From contig CAWDRG010000009.1 of NCBI GenBank assembly GCA_963804645.1, positions 320,001 to 384,000 of the forward strand: 64,000 nt of DNA, read 5' to 3'. This DNA comes from an uncultured Bacillota bacterium. GTDB lineage: Bacteria; Sysuimicrobiota; Sysuimicrobiia; Sysuimicrobiales; Segetimicrobiaceae. Each line of letters begins with the position of its first letter. The first letter of the stretch is position 1. Shown here in pieces: positions 52,894 through 62,000 of the stretch. The notes beneath the pieces were generated by a model. That model was not told the origin of the DNA and did no database searches. It saw nothing but the letters and a program-made list of their open reading frames with translations. The translations under genes and the position numbers were made by a program.

Positions 52894-55121
52894 TGTAGGA
52901 TTCGATCCTATCTTGGCAATATCGAAGATATCTCGACATGGCAATTGTGAGGATATCGTGTGCCAGCGGGTGTTGATCCCAGCGAACGTATTGTGTCGCT
53001 ATCGCGCGCGCTGCGCTGTGGATGGGCGGGCGGCCCGTACGGGCCGCCCGCCCGGTTGACGCTTCGACTACTGTCCGTGCTTTGCCATGGCTTCCTCGAT
53101 CTTCGCTTTCACCGCATCGAGGTTGAAGCTCGCGCCCTTCTGCGCCGGCGGGAACTCGATAGCCGTCATGGCCAGCTTCGCCACTCGCTGTTGGACGAAC
53201 ACGAAGCGCCAGAACTCGAATCTGAACCAGTCGAAGTATTGGTAGGATCCGAGATTTCCGTTCCCTTGTGGCCACGTCGTCTTCTCGAAGGGATCGAGGC
53301 GCAGGTTCACGAGCAGCGGCACGTCCGGGTGGTCCTTGGTACCAATCCAGCCGCCGGGCTGCACGATGAAAGTATATTTGAAGTCGTCGATCCGTACCGC
53401 GGCGAGGTTGCTCTCAGTAAAGTAGAAGATCTCGTTGCGGGCGGATGGCCCCTTGCCGGTGATCAGATCCATCTGATTGTAGCCGTCCAGATGCGTCTTG
53501 TACGTCGTTCCGCCGAGTTGTTTCCCCTTCTTGAGCTCATCGGCGATGTTCGGGTTGCCGGCCGCGGCCACGAAGGTCGCAAACCAATCCTGGCCCGAGA
53601 TGATGCCAGGCTCCACCACGCCGGCGGGGACCTTACCGGGCCAGCGAATCATCGCGGGACAACGGAACCCGCCTTCATAGCCCGTACCTTTGGCACCGTA
53701 AAACGGCGTCTGTCCGCCGTCGGGCCAGGTGAAGCTTTCCGTGCCGTTGTCGGTGGTGAACATGACGATGGTGTTGTCGTCCAGCTCGTTGTCTTTCAAG
53801 TACTGCATGAGCGCGCCGACGCTGTCGTCGAGCTGGGCCATGCCGGCTTCGTGAATGGTCCAGCCGTTCTTCGAATTCTGCAGGGCTTCGTACTTCGGCG
53901 ACAGATGGGTGACGATGTGCATGCGGGTCGGGTTGAACCAGAGGAAAAACGGTTTGCCGGCCGCCTTAGCCTTGTCGACGAACTTGAGGCTGGCCGCGAG
54001 AATTTCGTCGTCCACGGTCTCCATCCGCTTGGGATACAGCGTGCCGGCGTCCTCGATCTTCTGCTTGCCGACCTTGCCCCAGCGCGGCATCACCGTCGGG
54101 TCGTCCGTGTCCGTGGCCCACGAATGGACCATGTTGCGCGGGCCGACCGTGTTCAATAACTCCTGCGGATAGGCGGGGTGGGCGGGGTCCTCCATGGCGT
54201 CGAGGTGGTAGAGATAGCCGAAGAACTCGTCAAAGCCGTGGACCGTGGGCAGGTACTTATTCATGTCGCCCAAGTGGTTCTTCCCGAACTGCCCGGTCGC
54301 GTAGCCCATCTCTTTGAGGGCCGTCGCGATCGTCGGCGCAGAATCCGGCATCCCGACATCCGCCCCCGCCTGGCCGACGGTCGTGAGACCCGTGCGCATC
54401 GGGAGCTGGCCGGTGATGAACGCCGCCCGCCCCGCCGTGCAGCTTGCCTCCCCGTAGTAATCGGTGAACAGCATGCCTTCGCCGGCGAGCTTGTCGAGGT
54501 GCGGCGTCCGCCCGGCCATCATACCTCGATGGTACGCCCCGATATTCCAGATGCCGATGTCATCGGCCATGATCACGACGATGTTTGGTTGTTTTGTCGC
54601 CAACTTCGACCTCCGCAGTCAATTTTGAACCCTCTCCGAGTGAGCGTGATCCCTCGTCGACTGACGGGCACCCTGCTCAGAGCCGTCCGGAACTGCAGTC
54701 ACCCCCTACGGATTCCGTCGTCGGTACGCTAGATCCGTGTGGCTCATGACATGGGCCGTCACGCCACTCGGACGGCCCAACCTGACCGAAAGACACTTGA
54801 AGATCGCTCGAGGGGGAATGACAACACCAAGAAGCACGTGGTGTTGCGTATTTGCATTCCCGATCTGTGCCCGTCGGAGGGGAGCCGGAATTTCCGAGAG
54901 TCTACGGGGAGATTAATGCGGCGGCCGTAGTCCGCCGGACCGAGCGAAGATGCCGGACTGTATGCGCCGATCGCCCTCCGCCAGTTCCCCCCAAGTCTAG
55001 CACTTGGGAAAGCGAATGGCCCATAGGAATTGCTAAGATATCCCGTCTCGAAGGTGCTCTGACGGGCGACTTTTGCCAAGATCTCCCCGGCCGGATTGCT
55101 AAGATAGGATCAAATCCTACA
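52894..55121. mobile_element. cassette 1: TIR-bounded non-autonomous element carrying a sulfatase
   Basis: Left end TGTAGGATTCGATCCTATCTTGGCAAT; right end revcomp TGTAGGATTTGATCCTATCTTAGCAAT; internal 11-bp repeats. Confidence 0.8.
53068..54603 (-). CDS. arylsulfatase (Cys-type, FGly-dependent)
   Basis: PNIVVIMADD, SCTAGRAAFITG, GKNHLG, TTDNG; TTG start with GGAGG RBS. Confidence 0.93.
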   Translation of the reverse strand: MATKQPNIVVIMADDIGIWNIGAYHRGMMAGRTPHLDKLAGEGMLFTDYYGEASCTAGRAAFITGQLPMRTGLTTVGQAGADVGMPDSAPTIATALKEMGYATGQFGKNHLGDMNKYLPTVHGFDEFFGYLYHLDAMEDPAHPAYPQELLNTVGPRNMVHSWATDTDDPTVMPRWGKVGKQKIEDAGTLYPKRMETVDDEILAASLKFVDKAKAAGKPFFLWFNPTRMHIVTHLSPKYEALQNSKNGWTIHEAGMAQLDDSVGALMQYLKDNELDDNTIVMFTTDNGTESFTWPDGGQTPFYGAKGTGYEGGFRCPAMIRWPGKVPAGVVEPGIISGQDWFATFVAAAGNPNIADELKKGKQLGGTTYKTHLDGYNQMDLITGKGPSARNEIFYFTESNLAAVRIDDFKYTFIVQPGGWIGTKDHPDVPLLVNLRLDPFEKTTWPQGNGNLGSYQYFDWFRFEFWRFVFVQQRVAKLAMTAIEFPPAQKGASFNLDAVKAKIEEAMAKHGQ

Positions 55122-55129
55122 CGACGACT

Positions 55130-57122
55130 TGTAGGATGCGATCCTATCTTGACAAAGTCGAAGATATCTCGGTAATGCGTTAGCAATTGCCAAGATATCC
55201 ACGCAGACCTCAATGCGGATCTACGGAATGGGGAGGACGAGAAGAATCGGAAGCGAGGACGGACATAACGAAGAAGAAGGGGGAGCGACCGCCGACATCC
55301 AACGAAATGACGGCCCGGCACCTGGACGTACTCCAGGCGAATCTACCACGGCCGAGAACGGGCGAGTCCCCCGATGAGTGAAGGAAGTGGCTCGATTCCT
55401 ATCGAACGCGAGGCGAACAGAGACAAGACGACTTAAATTAGGCCCCAGCGCCACGAGACTGCCTGATCGGCCCTCACATCGCAGCGCCAGCACGCACTAT
55501 CCGGAGGATCGCGCGATGGATATCACCGTCCAGAACGGCTTGAGCGTTCCCGTGTACAGCTCCGTGGGCCACAGCGACGGCTGGCAGGTGGCCGACCTCC
55601 TGGGGAACACGGCGGGCTTGGTCACGGGCGTTACCGCCTTCGCAGAGGTCTCGGGGTTGGTTACGGTCATCAACGCGATCCAATTGGGAAACGCCGGCTT
55701 GGCCGCGGCGCAGCGGATCCCCGGCATTCTTCAGAAGTTCTGCTTCACCGTGCAGCCGGGCATGAGCCAATCGGCACGCGAGGCCATCGGGATCGCCGAT
55801 CAGTTCCGCGCGAGCTACTGGAACGATCTGTTCGGCGGCAAGAGCCTAGGCGTGTTCATGTCTAATACCGAACACGCCGTGCTGGTCAACGCCAGCACCA
55901 TCACGCCCCGCACGTACCGCGTCGAGGCCAAGGGGGCGCGGGAGGGCGGGTTTCTTCACCGCTGGGGCGAGCCTGGCTACTACTCCACGATGAATACGTC
56001 GGCACCGCCGTCCGTCGTCGCGTTCGGAGGCAAGTATCACATGTTCTTCCGCGACGGCAGCGGCAACGGCATCTTGCACGCCACCTCCGACGAGGGGATC
56101 TACTGGAAGGGCGCGGACCCATTCTATATCGGCGTCAACACCAGCTCCGCGCCGGCACCGGTGGTGTACAACAACCAGGTCTACATCTTCTTCCGCGACG
56201 GAGCGGGCAACGGCATCCTGTATGTCGTCTCCAAGGACGGCTACACGTTTACGGCACCGCAGAACTGGTACATCGGTCTGAATTGTGACGCGCAACCCTC
56301 GGTGACCGTCCACAACGGAGCGCTCCACCTGGTCGCGCGCGACCACGGGGGGGCCGGCGTCATGTACGCGTATCAAACCGCCACGGGATGGCAGCACGGG
56401 TACACGGGAGAGAACACGTCCGCGCCGCCGGCGGTCATCTCGTTCGCGAATCGCCTGCATGTCTTCTATAAGGACGGCGGCGCCAACAACGGCGTATTGC
56501 ACATGGTGTCCGACGACGGCGTCCACTACCGGCGCGCCGACGTCTACCACCCCGACATCACGACAAGCGCGGGACCCTGCCCGTTAGTCTATCGCGGAAA
56601 CCTGCTGCTGCTGTTTCGCGACGGGACGGGAAACGGCGTGCTCTACAGTATCTCCGCCGACGGCACCCAGTTTACCAACCCGCCCGATTGGTACCTGGGA
56701 CTGAACATCGACAACGAACCGTCGGCCGCCGTGCTGGGCGACCACCTCTGCATTCTGGGAAGGGACCCGGGCGGCAACGGGGTAATGTCGCAGGTCCCGG
56801 ACCTCAGTCCTTAGTCCGAGGGGGATCGGATGTGTTCAACACGCCCCGCGCAGACGCTGTTCGTCTGCGCGGGGCGCTGGTTGATCACCACGTCCTACTT
56901 ACAAAAAGAGCTAGACTATCGGCATCCGGAAGAGAGGCTATATCAGCGCGCGCTGCAAACCTGCGGATAACCACGTAATCCCTCGACTTTTATAGGAGCC
57001 CATTATCATGGGCGCGACGATCCGTAGGAATTGCTAAGATATCGCCCCTCCAACGGTCTTTGCCAGGCTACTTTTGCTAAGATATCCCCGGCCAAATTGC
57101 TAAGATAAGATCAAATCCTACA
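55130..57122. mobile_element. cassette 2: TIR-bounded element carrying a beta-propeller protein
   Basis: TGTAGGATGCGATCCTATCTTGACAA ... TTGCTAAGATAAGATCAAATCCTACA; same site spacing as cassette 1. Confidence 0.8.
55516..56814 (+). CDS. hypothetical protein with six ~47-aa repeats (probable beta-propeller)
   Basis: GGAGG RBS; repeats 'NTS.PP.V..F......FFRDG.GNG.L...S.DG..F'. Confidence 0.8.
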   Translation: MDITVQNGLSVPVYSSVGHSDGWQVADLLGNTAGLVTGVTAFAEVSGLVTVINAIQLGNAGLAAAQRIPGILQKFCFTVQPGMSQSAREAIGIADQFRASYWNDLFGGKSLGVFMSNTEHAVLVNASTITPRTYRVEAKGAREGGFLHRWGEPGYYSTMNTSAPPSVVAFGGKYHMFFRDGSGNGILHATSDEGIYWKGADPFYIGVNTSSAPAPVVYNNQVYIFFRDGAGNGILYVVSKDGYTFTAPQNWYIGLNCDAQPSVTVHNGALHLVARDHGGAGVMYAYQTATGWQHGYTGENTSAPPAVISFANRLHVFYKDGGANNGVLHMVSDDGVHYRRADVYHPDITTSAGPCPLVYRGNLLLLFRDGTGNGVLYSISADGTQFTNPPDWYLGLNIDNEPSAAVLGDHLCILGRDPGGNGVMSQVPDLSP

Positions 57123-57131
57123 CTACATGTA

Positions 57132-57213
57132 CGCAGGATCGATCCGATCTTGGCAATTTCAAAGATATCTCGGCAACGTGTTGGCAGTAGCCGAGATACG
57201 ATCAAATCCTGCA
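57132..57213. repeat. empty mini-unit (left end fused to a right terminus)
   Basis: CGCAGGATCGATCCGATCTTGGCAA...TATCTCGGCAA...TAGCCGAGATACGATCAAATCCTGCA. Confidence 0.65.
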
Positions 57214-57348
57214 ACACCCCCCACAGCAGACCGGTTGCTGTGTGTGAACAGCAGATCCTAATAGGTCTTTCCCCCCGTCACTTTGATGCCGGACGCCGAC
57301 ATCGCCATCGACGGCGGGCAGACACCCAGCGTGCGGAGCGGACCGAGA

Positions 57349-59379
57349 ATGGCAGATAAGCACGTGCATCTCACCCAGCGCTTCGCGATAAAGACGACGC
57401 CGGTCTTGCAGGCGCTGTTGATCGTCGCCGCGGGAGTGTGGGTCTTCTATCCTGCTATCCATGGCCAGTGGCTCTGGGATGATGACGTCCTCATTACAAA
57501 CAATCTACTGATCCACGATCCGGCGGGACTCTGGAAGACCTGGTTCGCCCCGACCATGAGTTTGATCGACTACTTCCCGATCACGGTCAGCGTGGAATGG
57601 CTGGCGTGGCGTGCGTGGGGACTGAACACGTTTGGCTACCATCTCACGAGTATCGTGCTGCACCTCACCAGCGCGCTGCTGGTGTGGCGTCTGTTGAGCA
57701 AACTGGGAATCCGGCTGGCGTGGCTGGGCGGACTCCTGTTTGCCATTCACCCGGTGATGGTGGAATCGGTGGCCTGGATCGCAGAACTCAAGAACACCCT
57801 CTCCCTACCTCCATTCCTGATCGCGATGTGCGCGTGGATCGACTACGAGGAACACGGGAAATGGACACACTACTGGCTGGCTCTCGGCCTGTTTCTCGTC
57901 GCGATGCTCTGCAAGACCACGATGGTGATGTTCCCGTTCGTGATCCTGCTCTATGCCTGGTGGAAGCGAGGGCGGATACGGGTCCGGGATCTGACAGGGA
58001 GCGCGCCCTTCTTCGTTGTGTCGCTCGTGCTGGGGCTCACCACGATGTGGTTCTTGCATCATGCGATGGCTCCCCAGGCCGTCCAACTCGGCGGCTTTCT
58101 CTCTCGCGTGGCATGCGCGGGTCTGTCGCTCGCGTTTTATTTCTCCAAGTCCGTGCTGCCCATTGGACTACTCCCGACGTATCCTCAATGGGCGGTCGGT
58201 CGCCCATCGCTGGTACAGTTTCTGCCGTGGCCGATTCTCGGTGGCGTGCTCTACCTATGCTGGGCCAACCGCGCCAGCTGGGGCCGGCATGCATTGCTCG
58301 GGCTCGGCTTCTTTCTCATCAACCTGGCACCTTTTGTGGGATTCACCGCGGCTGCGTACATGGACTTTACCTGGGTCATGGACCACACCCTGTACATTCC
58401 CTTGATTGGCTTAATTGGACTGGCGACGGCGGGGCTGGGCTGGCTCGACGATCGGGTGCCCGCGTCTACCCGGCCCTACGGCATCGGGATGGTCACGGTG
58501 GTGCTGGTCCTCTTGGCCGTCAGCAGCCGTGCGTACGCCGGACTCTACGTCAACCCAGAGACGCTGTGGACGTATACCGTTGAACGCAACTCCGACGCGT
58601 GGCTGGCTTACGATAACCTCGGCTATACGCTCACCAAGGCCGGAAAGTTTACGGAAGCAATCGGAGAATTTGAGCAGGCCCTCCGCATTAATCCCAATTA
58701 TGCCTCCACGCATGACGACCTCGGCACCGCCTTGTTCCGCGTCGGCCGGCTTCGGGAAGCGCAGCGTGAAGTCGAACAGGCCTTGCGGATCGACCCTGAT
58801 TCCGCCACCGCCCACAACAACCTGGCGACCATTCTGGTGCACCTCGGACGAATCCCAGAAGCCATTCAACAATTTCAGGCCGCCGTGCGGATCAATCCCA
58901 ATGATGCCGAGGCGCACAACGGCATGGGTACTGCCCTGGTCCAGAACGGTCAGTATGCGGATGCGGTGGAAGAATTCGAAGCGGCCTTGCAAATCAATCC
59001 TGATTTTTCCGAGGTCCACGACAACCTGGGGGCCATGCTCGCCCACTTCGGACAAATCCCCGAGGCCATTGAACAATTTCAGGCCGCCGTGCGGATCAAT
59101 CCCAATGATGCCGAGGCGCACTACGACATGGGGTTCGCCTTGACCCAGACCGGCCGGGATGAGGACGCCTTGGAAGAATTCGAAGCGGCCGTGCGGATCA
59201 ATCCCGATTTTGCCGAGGCTCACAACAATCTGGGGGTCATTCTGGCACGCCGCGGACGTATCCCAGAGGCCATTCAGCAATTTCAGGCCGCTGTGCAGAT
59301 CAATCCCAATTACACTGAGGCGCGACGTAATCTGACCCGCGTGCTCAATCGCGAGAAGACCTCTCCGCCCAGGCGCTAA
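57349..59379 (+). CDS. TMTC-like membrane protein (GT-C-like domain + about 8 TPRs)
   Basis: WLWDDD motif, 'GYHLTS..LH', 'LFAIHP..VESVAWI.E.K', C-terminal TPR array with DNA-level repeats. Confidence 0.85.
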   Translation: MADKHVHLTQRFAIKTTPVLQALLIVAAGVWVFYPAIHGQWLWDDDVLITNNLLIHDPAGLWKTWFAPTMSLIDYFPITVSVEWLAWRAWGLNTFGYHLTSIVLHLTSALLVWRLLSKLGIRLAWLGGLLFAIHPVMVESVAWIAELKNTLSLPPFLIAMCAWIDYEEHGKWTHYWLALGLFLVAMLCKTTMVMFPFVILLYAWWKRGRIRVRDLTGSAPFFVVSLVLGLTTMWFLHHAMAPQAVQLGGFLSRVACAGLSLAFYFSKSVLPIGLLPTYPQWAVGRPSLVQFLPWPILGGVLYLCWANRASWGRHALLGLGFFLINLAPFVGFTAAAYMDFTWVMDHTLYIPLIGLIGLATAGLGWLDDRVPASTRPYGIGMVTVVLVLLAVSSRAYAGLYVNPETLWTYTVERNSDAWLAYDNLGYTLTKAGKFTEAIGEFEQALRINPNYASTHDDLGTALFRVGRLREAQREVEQALRIDPDSATAHNNLATILVHLGRIPEAIQQFQAAVRINPNDAEAHNGMGTALVQNGQYADAVEEFEAALQINPDFSEVHDNLGAMLAHFGQIPEAIEQFQAAVRINPNDAEAHYDMGFALTQTGRDEDALEEFEAAVRINPDFAEAHNNLGVILARRGRIPEAIQQFQAAVQINPNYTEARRNLTRVLNREKTSPPRR

Positions 59380-59720
59380 GGCCTCTCAGATGTGGAGATA
59401 CGCCCGCTGAAACGGTGGGGCCAGAGGCCCGACAAGCGAGTGAATTCCCAGATCACTGAGGCCAGGCGACGCCCCGTAGGAATCGTTGAGATAGCCCCCG
59501 TGCCCCGCGAAGTTGCGTGGCGCGTCACAACGCGCAAGCAAGGGCAGAATGCCCGAATTCGCGCGAGAAAAGTGGGCCAAAGTATGAGTGATCGTTGAGG
59601 TCATTTGGCCCGCGTTGGCACCGCCGGGTGTGCGGGCTTTCTCGCTCCGCTCGGGGCGCTGGCCCGTTGAGCACGTCCGAAGCTCGATTCCACTGATAGA
59701 TGGGGGCGTGGGACACCCCG

Positions 59721-59845
59721 AAGGAATTGCTAGGATAGGCCCCGTTCGAAGACACCGCGTCGGACGCTCTTGCCAAGTTACGATCAGATCCTACAGCTAT
59801 AGTAGCAATACCGAAACAATGTCATGGCAACCGCCAACATATCCT
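59721..59845. repeat. degenerate cassette junction (right end at 59795 + remnant left end)
   Basis: TTGCTAGGATA (59727), TTGCCAAGTTA (59770), CGATCAGATCCTACA ending 59795, then TATAGTAGCAATACCGAA...CATGGCAACCGCCAACATATCC. Confidence 0.7.
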
Positions 59846-59999
59846 GAGCAAACAGGACCTAGCGCGAGCGACCAGAAAGACGGACGGTCACCGCGCCGCG
59901 GCACAATCATCGCAATCGTCTTCGCCGTCCGACGACAGCGCGCGTCGACGACAATGCGTGTCGCCCCCCGAACTAGACGCATAGGCGGCCGCTCGCCCC

Positions 60000-62000
60000 T
60001 TAAACCGACGATTCGCGTGGATCGACCGATGTGGTGTGCACCGGCAGGTCTTTGCGCCACCGCCGCTGGAACACCTGCCGACCGTCAAGGTCCGCTTCCA
60101 CGTCGACATGGATCACAAACGGCGTGGCCAACAGATTGGCTCGGATCGACACGCTGCCCGCGGAGCGGCGGTGCTGCACCAGGACCTCCGCGCGCAGGTT
60201 CGCCGTCCACGGACGATCGGCATCGGTGGTCACGATGCCGTGGTAATCCAGTCCCGTAATCGTGTGCGCGTCGAACCCCTGCTCGTAGTGGAACGTGGCT
60301 TCGTAGCTGACCGTCTTGCCGATAAGATCTCGGTGCACGACATGCGTTTCATCCGACCGCACGCCCGCGGAGAGACGCAGGAGACCGTCAGCATCGGCGG
60401 CCGGAAGCGACGGCGCGGGCAGCCCGGCGCCCCGGTCCGAGATGATCGGCAACTCGACCAGCGACGCCCTGGCGCCACCATAGTGAATCTGGAGTTCGTA
60501 CGGTTCGGGCGTGGGCCAGATCTCGGGGAAATCGGCGCCCGCGAGACACAGGCGCAAGCGGTGGCCCGCCGGTACCACCCGGCAGACCGGTGAGAGCGCC
60601 AGTGAGATCTGGCGGACTTCGTCGCGTGCCAGCGGGCGACGTGGATCGTGGGCGCTCTGCTGGCTGACGTTGGTCCATTCACGTGCGATGACGATGGAGC
60701 CGCCCCGGGGATCGACCTCGCAGAGCTTTACCGCAAGGGAGGGTGCTGGTGTGGTCGCAGACAGTACGACGTGGGCGATTGGTGTGCCACCCAGCTCGAG
60801 GTCCGAGGCGAGCGGCGGAGTCGTGTAGGAGAGTGAGCGATGGTCGTCCGCACTTTGATCGCTCGGCAATGGGATGCCGGCGATGCCGCCGTGCAGGGCC
60901 ACCGATTCGATGCCGACGCGCGAGTCATATACCCAGGTGTCCGACCCCGCGCGCTGCTCGTCCTCCCCGCGCGACAGTCGACCATCCGGGCCAACACGGA
61001 ACGCGACGCGCTCGGCGCGCGCGAGCGGCCAGTCAGCTTCGTACCGCCAGTAACCAGCGCCGAGGACATACACCGTCACCGGGGGCTCGCGATCCACGCC
61101 ATTCTCTATTCCCTTGAGCCAGCGATCCCACCACCGGTCCATTTCACGGAGCGCGCCGATCGGGTGCACGGGAGAGAAATCCGGGAATGCATGCTTCCAC
61201 GGTCCCATCAGGATGCGTTTCGGTCCGTGAAGGGCTTCGTAGACCATGAAGCTGGGTCCCGCGTACTTGTCGTGCCAACCCGAGATAAGAAACGTCGGGA
61301 CCGCAATGCGCTCGTACGGAACGCGGCGGCGAAGCCAGAAGTCGGGATCCGGAGGCTCGCCGTGCCATGAGAGGAGCCACGGCATGTTGGCCTCGAGCCG
61401 TTCGCGCCAAATCTCCAGCCACCGGTCGCCGTCCTCTTGGATGAGGGGCGGGGCCAGGTTCGTGGCCACCAGGCGGGGGGCCCAACTTACCTCGTTGTAC
61501 ATCAGCCCCTGGCATCCGTGGGGACGCAGGTACCAGTCGTAGTTGTCGAAGGTCCCGTGGATCGGGACGATCGCCTTCAAGTGCTGCGGGCGCGTCGAGG
61601 CGATGCTAAGGGACGTGCATCCACCGTAGGAAGTGCCCCACAAGCCGACGGCCCCGGTACACCAGGGCTGCACTGCGATCCACTCCACGACGGCATGTCC
61701 ATCCGCCCGCTCCTGAGGATCAAACGGAAATGGGTTCGTGCCTTCGGAGCAGCCCACGCCGCGAAAGTCCACGTCCAGGGTGGCGTAACCGCGGCTCGCG
61801 AAGTGCTGGTGCGCCGCCGCGCGTATCGCGGCACTTCGCGTGCCGTCCTTATGGTACGGCGTAAAGGAGAACACCGCAGGAAACGGCCCCCCGGTATCGG
61901 GCAGCAGCAGATTCGCCGCCAGCTGCACACCATCTGGCATGGGGATCCGGATGTTGCGCGCCGCCTTCAGACCCGAAGCCGCGGTGTTTGACGATGGCAT
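60000..62000 (-). CDS. CocE/NonD family hydrolase (peptidase S15-like)
   Basis: IPMPDGV.LAA, TPYHKD, D.RG.G.SEG, GTSYGG nucleophile, GW.D, GPW.H. Confidence 0.9.
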   Translation of the reverse strand: MPSSNTAASGLKAARNIRIPMPDGVQLAANLLLPDTGGPFPAVFSFTPYHKDGTRSAAIRAAAHQHFASRGYATLDVDFRGVGCSEGTNPFPFDPQERADGHAVVEWIAVQPWCTGAVGLWGTSYGGCTSLSIASTRPQHLKAIVPIHGTFDNYDWYLRPHGCQGLMYNEVSWAPRLVATNLAPPLIQEDGDRWLEIWRERLEANMPWLLSWHGEPPDPDFWLRRRVPYERIAVPTFLISGWHDKYAGPSFMVYEALHGPKRILMGPWKHAFPDFSPVHPIGALREMDRWWDRWLKGIENGVDREPPVTVYVLGAGYWRYEADWPLARAERVAFRVGPDGRLSRGEDEQRAGSDTWVYDSRVGIESVALHGGIAGIPLPSDQSADDHRSLSYTTPPLASDLELGGTPIAHVVLSATTPAPSLAVKLCEVDPRGGSIVIAREWTNVSQQSAHDPRRPLARDEVRQISLALSPVCRVVPAGHRLRLCLAGADFPEIWPTPEPYELQIHYGGARASLVELPIISDRGAGLPAPSLPAADADGLLRLSAGVRSDETHVVHRDLIGKTVSYEATFHYEQGFDAHTITGLDYHGIVTTDADRPWTANLRAEVLVQHRRSAGSVSIRANLLATPFVIHVDVEADLDGRQVFQRRWRKDLPVHTTSVDPRESSV

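Noticed and set aside
54739..55493. Short ORFs spanning the cassette junctions (also 52712-53059, 57150-57359, 59392-59776)
   Set aside because: They translate the repeats (e.g. DPILAISKISR recurs) and lack RBS or coding character
52894..59845. CRISPR array or classical integron attC array as the explanation for the repeats
   Set aside because: Units are kb-scale with inverted termini; there are no equal-length spacers, cas genes, intI, or RYYYAAC/GTTRRRY attC boxes
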